Shown here piece after piece: positions 62,325 to 64,000 of a stretch of 64,000 bases of DNA (position 1 is its first letter; every line of letters starts with the position of its first letter). The notes beneath the pieces are model-generated. The model did not search any database. It saw only the letters and a list, made by a program, of their open reading frames with translations, and was not told the origin of the DNA. The stretch is from NCBI GenBank assembly GCA_020060565.1, contig JAGVAE010000001.1, forward strand, positions 130,671 to 194,670. Direction: 5' to 3'. Source of the stretch: Candidatus Woesebacteria bacterium (GTDB taxonomy: Bacteria > Patescibacteriota > Microgenomatia > UBA8517). The translations under genes and the position numbers were made by a program.

Positions 62325-64000
62325 TTTGTCCACCAAATTTTTCTTTGACTTTTTGAAGAATTTTATTTCTTACTTTGCCAACCTCTTCGTCATTTAAGGT
62401 TTTTTCTGAATCCTGATATATAAATCTAAACGTATAAGTATCCTTGAAGACATCCACCAAATCAACCCTTTTAATAATTGGACCTTCTGTAGTGATTGTT
62501 TTTATAACCTCTCCAATTTTAGTTTTCTTGGGAAAGACAAAATTATGGTCCTCAATTTGTGGCGGATATTTTGGCCAAAGAGTGACACTTGCAGGTCTCA
62601 CTTTTTCCAAAATTGCATCAAGGTCTATTTCGCAAAAATAGATGTCATTAATTTTTCCACCATACCCCACAATCTCCCTATCTATGGAAATGCTAAAAGT
62701 TTGATCTACCTCTGCGTTTAAGGCAACACTAGAAAAATCCAATTCCCTAATATTGTTTTTCAAAAAGAATGCATCAATTAGACCCTTGAACTTTGTAAAA
62801 ACCAGGCCATCTTTATTCCAGCTAATTATTCCAAGTTTTCTTTTTTCAATATATTTACCTTTATCTTTGAAATATATTTTTCCAACTTCAAAAAGAGAAG
62901 CAGAAACCCCCCTTTCATTAATTATTTTTTCAACAAACTCAAATAAATTAGGAAGAAGTGTCATACGTAATGTTTTATTATCAGGAGAAGGAGGGTTAGA
63001 TAGCTCAACTTTACCTGCAATTCCCTCATCCAATAGAAGATTTAGATTAAGTAATTTTTCTTTAACAAAAGTCGAACTAATAACTTCATTAAAACCAAGT
63101 CCAACCATTTGGTTTTTGACACTTAATTCTTCATCAATAAATTTTGGAGTTACAACACTAGGTATTTCCAAAGAAAGAGTTTTAACTGGAATATTATCAT
63201 ACCCGTAAATTCTTAATATTTCTTCAATAACATCTTCTTCAACTACAACATCTGTTCTATATGTTGGGACTAATACTTCTAGGAATATTTTTTTAAAAGA
63301 AACTACCTGAAAGTTAAGAGCTTTTAGAATTTTTTTAATTTGAGTGCTTGCAATTTCCACCCCCCCAAGATTTTTAATCTTTTGCCCACTTACTTTAATC
63401 TTCCAAGGTTTGACTACTTTAGGATAATAGTCAAAAACACTTTCCTCCACTTTTCCCCAGCCATTTTCTTTAATCAGATAAATAAACCGACCGAACGCAG
63501 TCTCAACTAAATTTGGATCAAGCTCTTTTTCATGGCGAATCCCTGCATCAGTCAGAAGATTATGTCTATGAACAGTACGCCTTATATTTGCCCTATCATA
63601 TCCAGCTGCTTCAACAAGAATGTTTTTGGTACCATCGCCAATTGAATGGTATCTACCTCCAATTGCGCCAGCTACTGAGTAAATTCCATCTTCCCCTGCC
63701 CAAACTAAATCATCAGAAGTTAAAGTTAGTTTAATATCCTGGAAAGTTGTAATTACCTCATTATTTTTTGCAAGTCTGATCTCTAAGTTTTTTCCGATTT
63801 TATCTAAGTCAAAAGCATGCATGGGTTCACCCGTTTCAATCATTACATAATTAGTTAAATCAACAATGTTATTAATAGGATCTACCCCATAAGCCTTAAG
63901 TCTATCAGTAAGCCATTTTGGTGACGGCATAATTTTTACATCTTTAACAACTACCATCATTACTCTTTTAACCAAAGGAGTTTTGACTGTTAAATTACAG
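62314..64000 (-). CDS. pheT: Phenylalanine--tRNA ligase beta subunit (partial; 5' end beyond the window)
   Basis: The B3/B4 domain PSPKWLTDRLKAYGVDPINNIVDLTNYVMIETGEPMHAFD is present, followed by a C-terminal FDX-ACB-like domain. The frame stays open to the window edge. Confidence 0.75.
   Translation of the reverse strand, partial: CNLTVKTPLVKRVMMVVVKDVKIMPSPKWLTDRLKAYGVDPINNIVDLTNYVMIETGEPMHAFDLDKIGKNLEIRLAKNNEVITTFQDIKLTLTSDDLVWAGEDGIYSVAGAIGGRYHSIGDGTKNILVEAAGYDRANIRRTVHRHNLLTDAGIRHEKELDPNLVETAFGRFIYLIKENGWGKVEESVFDYYPKVVKPWKIKVSGQKIKNLGGVEIASTQIKKILKALNFQVVSFKKIFLEVLVPTYRTDVVVEEDVIEEILRIYGYDNIPVKTLSLEIPSVVTPKFIDEELSVKNQMVGLGFNEVISSTFVKEKLLNLNLLLDEGIAGKVELSNPPSPDNKTLRMTLLPNLFEFVEKIINERGVSASLFEVGKIYFKDKGKYIEKRKLGIISWNKDGLVFTKFKGLIDAFFLKNNIRELDFSSVALNAEVDQTFSISIDREIVGYGGKINDIYFCEIDLDAILEKVRPASVTLWPKYPPQIEDHNFVFPKKTKIGEVIKTITTEGPIIKRVDLVDVFKDTYTFRFIYQDSEKTLNDEEVGKVRNKILQKVKEKFGGQIKE

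Overview
This window is a low-GC, gene-dense bacterial chromosomal segment. Its gene content suggests a Candidate Phyla Radiation (Patescibacteria-like) organism: there are no fatty-acid synthesis genes around a relic ACP, the HolB clamp-loader protein is truncated, and there are sortase, type IV pilus and H+-pyrophosphatase genes. No rRNA, tRNA or CRISPR array was found.

The housekeeping genes recognised are:
- a P-type ATPase fragment at the left edge
- a KefB-like CPA2 antiporter
- YebC
- XerC/D-type tyrosine recombinase
- KsgA
- gyrA, which carries a 434-aa intein with a LAGLIDADG homing endonuclease inserted right after the active-site Tyr
- gyrB
- holB-like
- H+-PPase
- PgeF
- rpsP, a KH protein, rnc, nusB, and rpmF (found by hand, absent from the ORF track)
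- recG, ldcA, tyrS, a class A PBP, and pheT (partial at the right edge)

The accessory content is:
1. A type IV pilus locus: pilB-pilT-pilC, a pilin, pilD, then nine tandem pilin or pseudopilin genes. Two of these paralogs share an identical ~50-nt 5' end containing heptanucleotide repeats. A separate pilX-like-pilM-pilN-pilO set lies ~8 kb downstream.
2. A sortase adjacent to two secreted proteins, one of 1301 aa. Both share a C-terminal GGGDGLGCANxDCS module and a non-LPXTG candidate sorting signal (VLGAS, then a TM segment, then a basic tail).
3. An island with vapBC, a 910-aa Cys-rich secreted protein, membrane proteins, a hicAB pair flanked by 18-nt direct repeats, and a DUF4143-type AAA ATPase.

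Smaller sequence-level observations:
- Direct repeats of 32 nt (31/32 identical) flank a Tat-signal protein gene; one copy is the 5' end of recG.
- A 32-nt exact repeat occurs in two intergenic spots on either side of the sortase operon.
- A CheY-like receiver gene is frameshifted at a C4 homopolymer.
- An 877-bp ORF-free region precedes a hypothetical gene and the recombinase.
- An ACP-like relic sits between nusB and rnc, with the phosphopantetheine Ser replaced by Ala.
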